Shown here: piece after piece, positions 13,966 to 27,000 of the stretch
How the letters are laid out: the number at the start of each line of letters is the position of its first letter
Position numbering within the stretch: the first letter of the stretch is position 1
Origin: Antedon mediterranea
Taxonomy: Eukaryota > Animalia > Echinodermata
Direction: 5' to 3'
DNA: 64,000 nt
NCBI RefSeq assembly: GCF_964355755.1
Contig: NC_092674.1
Span: 27,590,001-27,654,000, forward strand
Program-made: the position numbers and the translations under genes
Notes under the pieces: model-generated
The model's database searches: none
What the model was told of the DNA's origin: nothing
What the model saw: the letters and a program-made list of their open reading frames with translations, nothing else

Positions 13966-15499
13966 AAGGAGAAATTATAATTCCTCCATTTTATCATATA
14001 TCATAATCCAAGCTATCTTACATGATATAGGTATCACGATGCTGTTTAAACCCGAATATTCTCATGGTACTGGGCAAATATTGTCGTAATATTGTCATTT
14101 GTGAGATTACCGCATTGAGAGAGATTGTAAAGTAAATTAGGACGGATTTCTGCAAACAGTTAAGAATAGAATATTGTAAGCCTACATTACAAATGTTTAT
14201 AAAATCAATGTATACGGAATAGGGAACAATGTAAGGAAATACTGCATACACTATTCCTTTCCCTCTAAATGATATATCATGTTTTCTATTTTTATATACC
14301 TGCAGTTGCTGTAACTGAAACAGAAATAACCATATACTTTCGAGACCTTTTAGAAAGACAGTTTTGTATAGGATTTTTCGTTTGTATAAGTATTTCACTT
14401 TCTAATGTAATTTGATACCATGTCACATTCAAGTCTTCCTCAGCAGCCAACATCCCAGACGGTCGAAATCCCGTTTGTCTAATTTCCAATATTTTGAGTC
14501 CAACGTATTGCGCCTACTTAATATTGGCTGAACCAATGACAAAGCTTGACAATGTATTTCAAAATGTAAATTATTTTCACACCCTGATTCCCCATTCCCT
14601 TTGAATCCAATCTTGTTTTTCTTGTATTTTGTATCATGTGGACGTTTGTCTGAAATATAAGTTGAATTGAATTGAATTAAAGTAAAATAAGACTTGCTTA
14701 CAGTACATGCGCAGACTTATTAAAAACAACATTTCTTATCAAAATAAACTTGCTTTCACACACAACATTCCGTACCACTAGCTTTCGTTATACATTACTT
14801 TATATAGTCATGCTTAAGATCATTTTACACTGCATCACTTGGCTATAGAAAAATAAATGTTAAACATGCGTCATTCCGTAATATTATTTACAACTGTTCC
14901 GAAACGTAAGCTAAATTTATGGTAAAGTGTGTGTGTGTCATTTTACATTTTTAGCCTAAAATGTTGATGATTTATTGAGATTTTTTTTTTAGATTTCAGC
15001 GTCATTTAAGATAAATGTAGCGATGGTATAGGCAGATCTTAATCGAAGTCGAATAGGTAAATTGTCCATTTTTGACAGTTATGAAATAATTACGAATATA
15101 AAGATAATTTGTTATTTTTGCGCAGAGTGAATAAATTTTTCGATAAATTTAACAACTATACTGACTACTTTGTCCAAATTCTCGTCAACAGTAAGCTATA
15201 AAGTGAATTCTTGAAGATTTAATTTGTATTTGATTCCTTGGCATATCGATTTCTTTGTCCCGTACTTCGTTACAAAACATTTGTCGTATAACGACAGAAC
15301 GTTGTTTACTGTGACACGCCACTCCAGCAAAATTATTACGTATAACCACATTGGCCGTGGTAGTTTTTGAATAATATATAAATCCAAAGGCAAATATTTT
15401 TTTTATAACATATTTAATGAGGGTGATCTATCCAGTAATTGCTAATCATTAGGGACCCTCAGGTTCACAAGAGAAAAAATATATACAAGATGCTCTACA

Positions 15500-15735
15500 T
15501 AAACAAAGTCTTATTACAAGTCTTTGGGAGTGGAGTGGTAATTTTGTCCTTAGAAAAAATCCTGACATGTGACGGGACTTCAACCCAGGACCTTTGGAGT
15601 GGTAGCCAAGCATCATAACCACCAAGCCACAACTCCACTTAGTGGCTGGATCTCCATGGGTATCAGTGGCTGGATCTCAATTGAGATACAAATAAAGTAA
15701 ACAAAAAGCTCAAAATGACAAAGTAAATCAACCAT
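15500..15735 (-). mobile_element. Composite repeat: Penelope-like terminal motif followed by a tRNA-like Pol III unit
   Basis: Minus strand: GAGATCCAGCCACT twice, A-box-like TGGCTTGGTGG, B-box-like GGTTGAAGTCC, then a T6 run. Confidence 0.55.
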
Positions 15736-17900
15736 AAAGATGTGGTTGGGAAATTCATTTGGAAATAATATTTTTCTTCAGAACTTATAAAGTATTCTCA
15801 ATTGAATAATGTATAGAAAGATGACAAAAGATGTATATTTATATAAACTTTACAGAAACTTTTTTATATTGTTTTAATTTTGCATTTATTATAATACCTA
15901 CAACCTCTTACTCGTGTTCACTTACATAATTCATTGCACGGCAACTTGAAAAATATAGCAAATAGATAAATATTAGAGGCAGTCAACCCGTTGGGTGTTT
16001 GCGCGCCTCCGTCGAATCCTTTAAAGTAATACCAATAGGGATAATTCGATTGCGCAAACGACGCCAGAGAAGAAATCAACAGAAACGTTACGATCGTCTG
16101 CGCATGTCTACAAACTAATCGGTGTTGTGAATAATTTGTATCGCTTTCGCTACAACCCCCAATTTATAATAATTATAATATCAATTAGGCATTATAGATA
16201 ATAGGCATACGCGGTGATTTCTGTTGCATTTCACGTCTTCAGCGTTGCAAGCCATCTTACGATCGATATACGCCAGCCTAGCTCTATGACCAACACACGC
16301 TAGGCTGTCATTACGCCATATTGTTTATTCTAACGAGGTGCCGTTGTTACTATTGAATTATTTATTTAAACTTATAAATAATATTAAGTAGAAACATGCA
16401 AAATAAAATGTGAAAAAATATAGATACAAGAATATAACATCAAGAATGATAATTCAAAATACATTTTAAATCTCTGTATAAGTAAGTCTATTCACCACTA
16501 ACATCATATACATGTGATTTCTACTCATTTTCAGGCATTTTCTTAATTCTTACAATATTTTTTTTAATATAACGATAACATCAGTTGATATCTTAAAAAT
16601 GTATTGACTAAAAGTAAAACTACTATAGATGTTAAATAATACCATCCATGTCTCTATCCTAGTTTAAAAGAAATTAAAATTAACTTTAAAAAAAAAATAT
16701 GCAAGCTTTTTCGTACACTGTTACTATTAATGAAATTAAAAATAAAACAAGAACCCTGTGGGTATCGAGGTTCTCATGTACGTACATCCACGAGCGTTTT
16801 CACGGCCTGAGTAAGTCTATGTAATTCAGCTTATAATCACAACCGAAAACTATACAAGTTTGAGCTTCACAAGGTATACAAGATTCAATCCTATTTCTAC
16901 ACCATAAACTCATATTCCCACAATTCATTGCGTTCGATAATTGCATCTTGTTAGAAACTTTTTTATCCCCAACTTAAATCCCAAAATGTATGTCACAAGT
17001 ACTGTGACGTGTTTGAGGACGGTGCGCATGCGCATTTGAGTCTATTGCCAAAAGATGTGGAAAGTACAGGATTCGCGTCTGAACGAGTTGGGAAGTGAAT
17101 TTAACGGTGTTTTTTAATCGAAATGTTCATAAAATGGTAATCGTATTAATTACACATCTTAAAATTACCTAATTTTATAAGTATTGTATTAACACCATCT
17201 TAATTTTTTTTTACTGAAGATGTCATAGATATATCTACATTATTACAAAAACAATTACAAATCTCTACGATATTTATTTTACATTATCAACAAACACCAC
17301 AGCAGAAAACATACATTAAAGTAAATTGTGTTGTATACAATTTCAAACCCAACATAGTTTTGAAGAAATAATATAATGAAATCGGTGACCGAGAAATATT
17401 ATAACATTTAATATGTATTGCAAACTTGAAAACATATTAGTAACATTTAACGAGTCATTTTGTAGTTTTGATAAAGACTATTTTCTAGTGTGTGACTAAA
17501 CAGAACCCTTAAAAAACAGACATACAGTTGTTTGAAATCTAATTAATAATATCTAAACCCTAACAGAATATCCACCTTATAGTTAATATCATTTTTTATA
17601 TATATTTATATGACAATATTGTTTTATTCAATTGACATTTGCAAATCACGATTGAATGTTAGTCTATCACTACCTGTTACCACGCCCATATTAACATTCG
17701 ATTCAGATCATTTTCAAACAAACCCAAAGCACTTATACGCTTGCGTGTACACACGTAATAACACTGTGTTATTCGTTATCTGAAACCATGTAACATTAAG
17801 TGTAGTGTACGTATATTGTCATAATGTCATTTATCCCGCCATGTTCAGCTCATTATATCAATATTGTATCTTGTGCATACTTTAAAACTTTGGATCGGTG

Positions 17901-18060
17901 TTATCTAGATATGGCATTGACGTCATTGTGTTCACCGGCAGACGATGAGTTGTATCCTTCTAGAAAGTAACACGTTCCTGGATGGATAGTAAGAGATCCC
18001 TCTGGCAAGGTATCAATGGGCCTCTCCGTGAATATAAATCCTTTGGTGTTCACAAGAAGT
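17901..18060 (-). CDS. GUCY1A: sGC alpha last coding exon
   Basis: [14 protein letters not shown]...GTCYFLEGY...ISR, TAA stop at 17903-17901. Confidence 0.92.
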
Positions 18061-21000
18061 CTGAAATATGAAAATGATTGTTTATAATAGGCCTACACGA
18101 CACGCAACTTTGCACGAGCGTTAAAGTACTGATAAAAACGGTACACAGCTGCTGCACGCGCGTTAATATATTGATAAAAATAGTACACAGCTTTTGAACC
18201 CGCGCGTCCACAATACTGCATCAGAAAGCAGACGACAAGGAATAACTCATCTGCGCCTAGGCCCATACCTCAAAAGCTTTGTACGCGTAATTCCGATTTA
18301 CAACACACCTGTTTGGCAAACAACTAAATTACTTATAGTAGAATCTTCAAACGTTTGCCGAAATTTAAATTGTTTCTATAATGCATTCTATTCTTTGCAT
18401 TTATTTTTAAAACGTGAAAAAAGAAATTATGAGAATTAAGGACAAACCGATTACGAAGGCTCTTAAAGCGATTGATCGCAGATAACAATACGTTTTGTAG
18501 ACATAAAGAACATTTAACAGAAAATACGAAATACTTTGATTCCAACTTTACTTATCATGTATTTACTAGGATTTATTTTCACAGATTTATTTTTTATAGA
18601 TTTGGTTGTTATTTGTGACGTCATATACTGTTTTGGTATATGGTTTTTGTGTGGATAGTTCTTTAATAGTTACGCCTACTGTGCCAACACGCTATTGCAT
18701 GCAATTGAAATAATGTTTTTTCTTCAAAATACGAAACAACAGTAACAGCAAGAAAGACTTGTCTAAAAAATGTCATAAAATAATTATAATGTAATAGCCA
18801 ACAGGCAACCTGCCTCATCACACAGAAAACGTGTTCTCTATTCTAGGGCTTCAAAACAGTATTCTAGGGCTTCGAAAGAGATTTCCATCTTTTCCGTGGT
18901 TTGAAGGCCTTTAAGGCACACAATATGGAGCATTATAGTATCATTATAGTAACAGTAACGGCAAGGTGGAGATTAATAATGTAAATAGTTGTAATTATTA
19001 TAATATAGCAACGCAACCTGCCTCATCACACATGTGTTCGCTCTATACAGATCTTTTCCGTGGTTTGATGGCCATTAGGGCACAGAATCTGGATTATTAT
19101 AGTATGATTATTGAGTATAACTTACTCATGAGTAGTTGGGCTAACGTTGATCTTATCTGCTACACTGTGTGATTCAAATTTGTTGGCTAGGGTCACGTTG
19201 TTACCGAATAAACAATAACGCGGCATTTTGCGACCCACGACACCAGCAACCACTGAACCTGTGTGGAGTCCAATCCGTATCTAGAAAGACAATACAAAAT
19301 GTTAGTAAAATCATTCAATTTTGTTGGTAATAATATGAAATAATGCAGTCTTTAAAAAAAAGTCTCATAACGTTTAGAACAGAAAATAATCATGAGTTTT
19401 AGGCCTACAGATTTAAATTGTCTCGATTTTATCGTTGACAAATGGCGTAAACATAATATTCATGTTACGGTATTAGTTTTGTTACTTTTACATTTTGTAC
19501 ATAATTTAGTTTAAGTAGTTTGCTTGTAAATAGCCCTCTTGCTAAATCAAATCTCTAGAAGCGTGACACTGTTTCAAACGTGTAGCTTCCAAATAAAGTA
19601 TTATTATTTAAATATTTATCCAGACACAATAAGGTAAAAGGAAAACCTGTCTTAAATACAAAATGAATGAAAAGGTACGGTACTGTAGTGCGTTCCAAAA
19701 AAAGGGGGGAGAAGCATGTTAATTATTAAGAAAGGTAATATTTGAAGACAAAATATGCATATAAAACAGTCTAGTTGAACTGTTACACCATGAAACTACC
19801 TCATAATTGCAATTAATTTATATTCATTAAAGTCAAACTAGTTTTGCATTTTGTTTCGGTGCCCGGGAATAGTTTATAGTATGCAGTGAAAAAGAGGTGA
19901 TTTTGTATACATAACGATATCCTATAATCTATTTCTATGAAATATTATGCTGGGCAGGTGGTATATATTTACAAGTGATATACCTCTGTGGATTGGTAAT
20001 ATCAGAAGATATTTCTAGCATTTCAATTTGAAAATGAAAAACGACACCTTTTCGCAGATTTTCAAATTTTTTATCACGTAAAGCATAGTTGATTAAAATG
20101 ACGCATTACTAAACGCGTTAAGCTCTGTCTACACTATCAAACTAGTTTGACAAAAAAAAAGCGTGACGTGCCCAAATATGGTAGTGATATGTTCAAATAT
20201 GTTAATGATATGACATCATCGTGTCCATATAGTGAAAACACATATTTTTTTGTCACATAAAGTTTGATAGTGTAGACAAGGCTTTATATGACTTGCGGTT
20301 TTCGTTTTTTTTTTACATGCGTTGATTCACCTACATACGTTGCAACAATGTTAGTTTCACAAACGCAAATGCGTTCTTACTTGACATAAACGCGTTCACG
20401 ATGTACGTGAGGCACTAAGAAGGTGCATATCGAAACGCCCACAAAGTTTAATTCTCGTATGATCTATGTATACTTATTTTCTTCATTTATAAACGGAAGT
20501 AGAATGAAACGAGCTAAAATGAATGCATTAACAAACGATAATCGTAAAGAAATTGTAACCGTAAAATACAATTAAGAATACTAATAAAACAGTCTGTGAC
20601 ATTTGAAAGAAAACAAAATTACATTAGAATTGTAATGACGAAGAGGGTATAAATAACGCATCAATCATAGGTTTAAACGATTAAATTTATTCAGTTATCG
20701 ATTTTCCAGTCAGCTATTGTATTCACTCATACATTCTTCTGTCAATCATCCTCCGATACATTCTTTATCTTATTCATATATTCATTCACATTGCTTGCTT
20801 TCCCCCTGTAATGTGTTTAAATTTAGTCCACTTGAACAGGTGGCTGGCCGAGTGTCAGCACTGTCTTTCTCTGTCTCTGTCTAATTTGTACAGTGCCGGC
20901 CATAGACAACCTCTGTGATACCTTGTCATATAAGCATCACATATGACATGACACACTCATAAACATAACATTACCTTAACATGACATTTTAATTTTTATT

Positions 21001-24000
21001 TATTTTTATTTTATGTCTTTAGGCAATGTGGCCAAGAATTACCAATAGTAAATTAATCACTGTCCTATCAGATAGGTGGTACATGTGCCACATGTGACGC
21101 GACACTGTTACGGAACAAGTAATTCCATATTACATGAAGACAGTATACAGGGCAAATGGTGGGAATTGATGGGTTAACAACAACATTTTGAGGTATGAAT
21201 TCATTAATTCTTGAACATTTAGAATTTAGATAATGAAATAAAAAAACAAAGTACATAAAGTTATATAAATGTTTGCATTTTGTAAAATATTAAATCCTCG
21301 TGTAGACTTATACGTTTTGTATTTTTGTATTTATCTCTTCTAATCTGCTCTTCGTTATTCGTTCTTTTATCTCCAAATTCATCCATTTTTATATCCATTA
21401 TTTTATCTATTGAACCATTAACTCATCCGTTCATTATAGACACAGCCTTTCCATTCGGTAATCAAATCCATCAATTAGATCTTCCTTAATCTTTATTTAT
21501 ACACTCATCCATATTATTATTATCCCTTTTTCTCATCTATCCAGTCCTTTTTATTGTGTATACATTAATGTATTCATCGATAATACATCAACACCTCTTC
21601 TATCATTAAAATATGTATTACAGTTTGATTACACAAACATAATATGAAGATTTTAATCAGTTTTAATGGTAACACTATCGAACTACATATCATGTGAACT
21701 GCAACAAATAGACAATCAAATAACGTGATGCGATGAACTTTAAAATTATATATAAAAAAAGTAAACTGATTAATCCAACAATATTGACATAATTTTACTC
21801 GCGTAATATTGTAAACATCTACTTTGTCTAATTGAATAATCATGAAGAAGAGTGTGTGTTTTGTAAATTGTTGGAATAGAACAAGTGTCTCCTGTCGCCA
21901 TTATAATCCGTGTATTAGAGCTATTTGGAGTGCGCAGCCAATTCGGTGCATTCGAGAGTCAAGGGATGGTAACAAATCCATAGTTTGCAAACAAATTTTC
22001 CTGATGGAGGATTGATTTGTTTGGTATATATCCAGTAAAGCTTGTTTCCCACTAGAACGCAGCAGCAACGCAATTATATCGATACAACGCAAGTAATTTT
22101 ACTCAAACCACCTAAACATGTTGCCTTTATTAAGATAGCGAAGTAAACCCTATGAATTCACGAGCTAACAGAACTCAGTCGTCGCCAAATTCAGGACGGA
22201 GGCATGATTGCCAGAGAATGAACTCTGACCTTTCTGGATCGGAAGGCGGTAGTAACAGATCATGGAATTGCCCCTTCTGATTTGTCAAGTTACTAATGAG
22301 AAACTTAACGTTTCTTTAAAAAAAAAGTTATCTGCAACAAGTGAAGAGAGTGGTGCTCCGGCTATATTTCAACTAAAAAACGAATTTATTTTACTTGCTA
22401 TCAAACATTTAATCCATTTGTATAGTTAGTTAGTACAGAGGACAATACATAATTATATAGGTTATGTGTTAAGATCATTAGGATCACAAACAATTAAGAG
22501 AGACTAAAACATTAATGCTATCGTGTTCTATTAAAGTCACAGCAAAATGACTTTCAGTTAATACTTCTCCAAAAAACAAGCATTCGACCATTATTCTTTT
22601 AATATAAAAGAAAAGAAAAATTTGGAAAATTCATTTAAATTCAGCCTCATGTTGAAGTCAATGCCTAGAAACAGTTTACAAATATCCTTTCGGAAAGGAA
22701 TATTTAAAAAAAAAGAAAGGCATAACAAACCATTAACAATTTTGAAACTTTTTCCCATTTCTCAGTTTGTCGACCTACTCAAATAGCATCAATCTACTTC
22801 TGTTTTAATTTAATTTTTGTATCTATGTTTTCTTCAGAATCGTAAAATCGGAAACGACAGAAAAGTAGGTCGTTGTTCTAAATCTATGTTGCGTTGTTCA
22901 TCGTTTTGAAAAATATATGCAAAACAAATTATTTTAAGTACCAAAGTCGAGCGAAGCATTTAACTTTTAACAGATTGGTTCAGAAGCGTTAATAACTTAC
23001 TCGAATCGGTTTTCCGTCATGCGCGTTGACCTGCTTTGAGGCTGACAGCATCTTCAGTGCCATAATGGCAACTTTCTGAGCATGCGTGGACGATGCTTTA
23101 TGCAAGCCCCCAGCAACACAATACGCATCTCCAATAGTCTCCACCTGAAATATAATATAGATTTACTATTATCTTTATTATTAAAACATGTTTATCCAGG
23201 ATTACATAATCAGATAAAAGAAAAAGCTGTTTTGCATTACGATTCTGTCTTAAATACAAAATAAATTGTTGAAAAAAGTTTAGTTTTTTGAAAAGAAATG
23301 AGATCGATATTTAAGAGTTTAAATTGTTACGAATTTCTTAATTTTACGTACCGTATTTATATTATTTACAATGCACTACATGTGTTTAAAGTTCATCATT
23401 TACCTATAATTGTATGTCCTATTTTAGTTTTACAACTAAACAGAAACAGTGCATCTTTAATTTGATCTCGTCTCGTTTAGTGAGAAAAACAATTTTAAAC
23501 AAATATAAAATAAACATTTTATAAATAGTAATACTGTACATCTATTTCTCTTCTTTTTTTCAAATAGCAAAAATGTAAGAAAACATTAAGATTATGCCAT
23601 CAAGTACAGTAACTGGCCCACCACCTAAGTTTACTTTTCTAGTATCCCATTTTTTTGTATCCAAATTTAAATAATTGTCAACGCAAGAAGGACGCGAACC
23701 TTACTTTATTAAATCTATCTATAAATATGTGATTACTCTTTAACTTTAAAAAAAAACATTTAAAACATACAATTACTTTCATAACCAAGATGAATCAAAT
23801 ATAAATGTCAGTAGCCTACATAAAGTGAATTTAATTGGTCATGGATTGTTTCCAATTTGCATAATATGTACGTCATTCTCTCTCATTACTTGTTACTTTC
23901 ACGGTAGCATGACACTTAAAAAGGCAAAATTACTTTAATCATAAAATTAATTTGTTAAATGCCTTTAACCAGCTGTACAAGATCAATTCCAACGACAAGC

Positions 24001-27000
24001 ACGAACAGTAATAGGCTTAGTTAGCTGTTTGATTTCGTAACTTTACTACAACATGTCATCAATCAATAGTTTCTTATACAAAATTGTTTCTTTAATGGAC
24101 TTCTTCAAATAATAATTATCGAAATATTTGTCTAAATTAGTCAATTACCCCAACTACTCCAGAAGAATCTTTACAAAATTGTAAATCAAAAGCCGATCAC
24201 GTGATATTAGTAAATCAAGGTAAATCATTCCAGTAACAAGAGTGACGTCATTATATTGTATAATACATAGTATTTTAAATTTCCTTATGTAGGCTAACAT
24301 TAGAGGTTGTTTCGTCGGTGTTCAAACGCTTATATAAAATTTACTTTTATGAACATGTAAAATTGGCGATGTCTGACGAATATCACCGAAGAAAACTGAA
24401 ACAATTTCTCCAAAACGAAATAAAGTAAAGTACATAGTTGAGTATAAAAAACAGTTGTTTTAAAATATATTGATGTTAGTTATGTACCTCGCCAACAAAA
24501 TAATGTATACAGTATTAGTAAAGGGTCAAATGCCTAACGTTTTGAAATAAAATTCGCGAAAAAGGAATAACTGAATGACATTCTAAACCATGTTTTATTT
24601 CTTTTTGGAAGTACACACGTAACTATTTATTCGTCATGCAAACATTTTTAATTTATCGTTGAAAAACAAAAATTTGATATCGTACTAAAATGGTACAAAC
24701 ACAAATGAAAGGGCAATACAAAATTATACATAAAGATCTAAGTGAAGATTAGGTGTTTTTTTTGCAACACAATAACTTCAACATAAACAAACAATAATTA
24801 CCATATAAGGGTATGAATTTAAAATGTTTAATCTATCGGTATAAAAATCCTTTTAACGTCGATTAATCTAGCGTCGTTTTTATGGGTGAAAATAGAACAA
24901 GGTTAGTTGTGTAAAATTTATTACGATTATTAATTCAGTCATTTTATATTTTATAACCATAACATCGTTATGGCAGTTTGCGATTTGCATACATAAAAAA
25001 AATAAAATCCGAAGATCCAAATTTGTTTTTTCTGAATTATAAAGATAGAAAAATATTAAATACAATGATCTTTAATGACTTTTTGTGAAGTATCTCGACT
25101 ATTTGGATTTACAGTTCGTTGCGCTGTCATCTGTCTGTAGCACTGTGTACATGGTTTAAGTGAGGAAGCTAGATTTACATTGAGCAACGTTGGAAAATAT
25201 AACTTTAAAGACTGTTCCAAAAATGGATACACAATCTGTTCTCACATCTTAAAACTCTGTCTACACCATCAAATTGACAAAAAGGTGTGATGTGCCCAAA
25301 TATGGTATATGACGACATCATGTCCATATATGGGCACATCATATTTGTTGTCACATACAGTTTGATAATGTAGACAGAGCTTAGTGACAACTCGACGATA
25401 GTGGTTATGGACGTCTGCATGCGAGCATTATTGATGTGCCCAAATATGGTATATGACTTCATGTCCATATATGGGCACATCATAAAGTTTGATAATGTAG
25501 ACAGAGCTTAGTGACAACTCGACGATAGTGGTTATGGACGTCTGCATGCGAGCATTATTGATGTGCCCAAATATGGTATATGACTTTATGTCCATATATG
25601 GGCACATCATAAAGTTTGATAATGTAGACAGAGCTTAGTGACAACTCGACGATAGTGGTTATGGACGTCTGCATGCGAGCATTATATTGTAGCACGAACG
25701 ACGAAATAGTGTTTTAATAACTCTATATTTACTATTCACAATATAATTCATATTGTTATAATTATAAATTATTAAAGCCAATGTCTACTCGAGTAGCCAA
25801 CCAACATCAATCTCTATAATTTGGCTGTCTGTAAATTTAAATTAAAATGCTTAAAGATGTTTAATTATAAAATTGTTACTTAACTTGGTTTATATAATTA
25901 TATTTTTTTAAATAACAATCAATACATTCAGGGTCTTAATATATTATATTGACCAACAACAAATATATATAGACAACTGTATCGTGATTGGCAACAGCAC
26001 GTATACATTTTACGTGCAAAAAGATCAGCTATTGCGCAATTTGCGCATATAAAGTAACTCATAAAGTATGTCATATGTATTTACTTTCTATATTCCTTTA
26101 CGATTACTGAGTATCGTCGATTAACTTTTCTAAATTAATGCGAGTAAAGCCATTAAATCATAAATGTTTAAAATATTCAAATGGAAAAGTAACTTACTTT
26201 GTAAACATCGAGGAATTCACAGAACGTATCGAATTCTGTATATAGTGTGTTGAGCATATTGACTACCATCATTGGCGTGGCAGTAGCGCAGATGGCTGTA
26301 AAGCCAACCAAATCAGAGAAAAGCATGGTAACAGAGTCTATTGTTTTAGTTTCCACTGGTTCATCCCGCCAAAGTTTCTTGGCAACATCGGCCGGGAATA
26401 TAGACTCGAGTAAATCAACGTTTTTCTTTCTTTCCGAGTCTAAAGCTTTACTCGTCTGTTCTAATTTATCTTTTAGTTTGTCCATTCGTCTTTTTAGGCC
26501 ATCTTGAGCCTTGGTCTGTTCGCCCATTAGGATGACGTCACGGGTTGCATCGTGAATGGGTATATCGGCTAGGTACAGTCCCCGGCCGGTTAGTTCTTCT
26601 AATTTAGCTACGCACGGTGATCCAAGAAATAATACGCAATCCATTCGTGATAGAAATATCATCTGCCCTTTGATTTCTGTTGCCTGAAATAATATGTATA
26701 ATATAAATAGATTATAATCATATTCTGTGCTCTTTTTTTTTGCCATGACTAAATTTATATTTTTACACTATCTTATTCATCTATTGCAGATTATAGAATA
26801 GTGGGGACAGGTATTTTACTAATTTGTTTAGCGTATAACAAAAGTATTACTGCACCTCACTCAATCGATTCATGAGTAACAACCCTGATCCTTCCCGGGT
26901 TAACCGCGTAAATCACGTCACCACGTACTGTATTACTTATGCGATGCGCATAACTTCATTATCGGACCTCATTTTTTAAAGATTATTTTGGGACGATTGA

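Noticed and set aside
15555-15640. Functional tRNA gene
   Set aside because: B-box mismatch, poor acceptor stem, and embedded in a repeat; treated as tRNA-derived.
25205-25610. Duplicated MMCPYMD ORFs
   Set aside because: Read through tandem MITE fragments.
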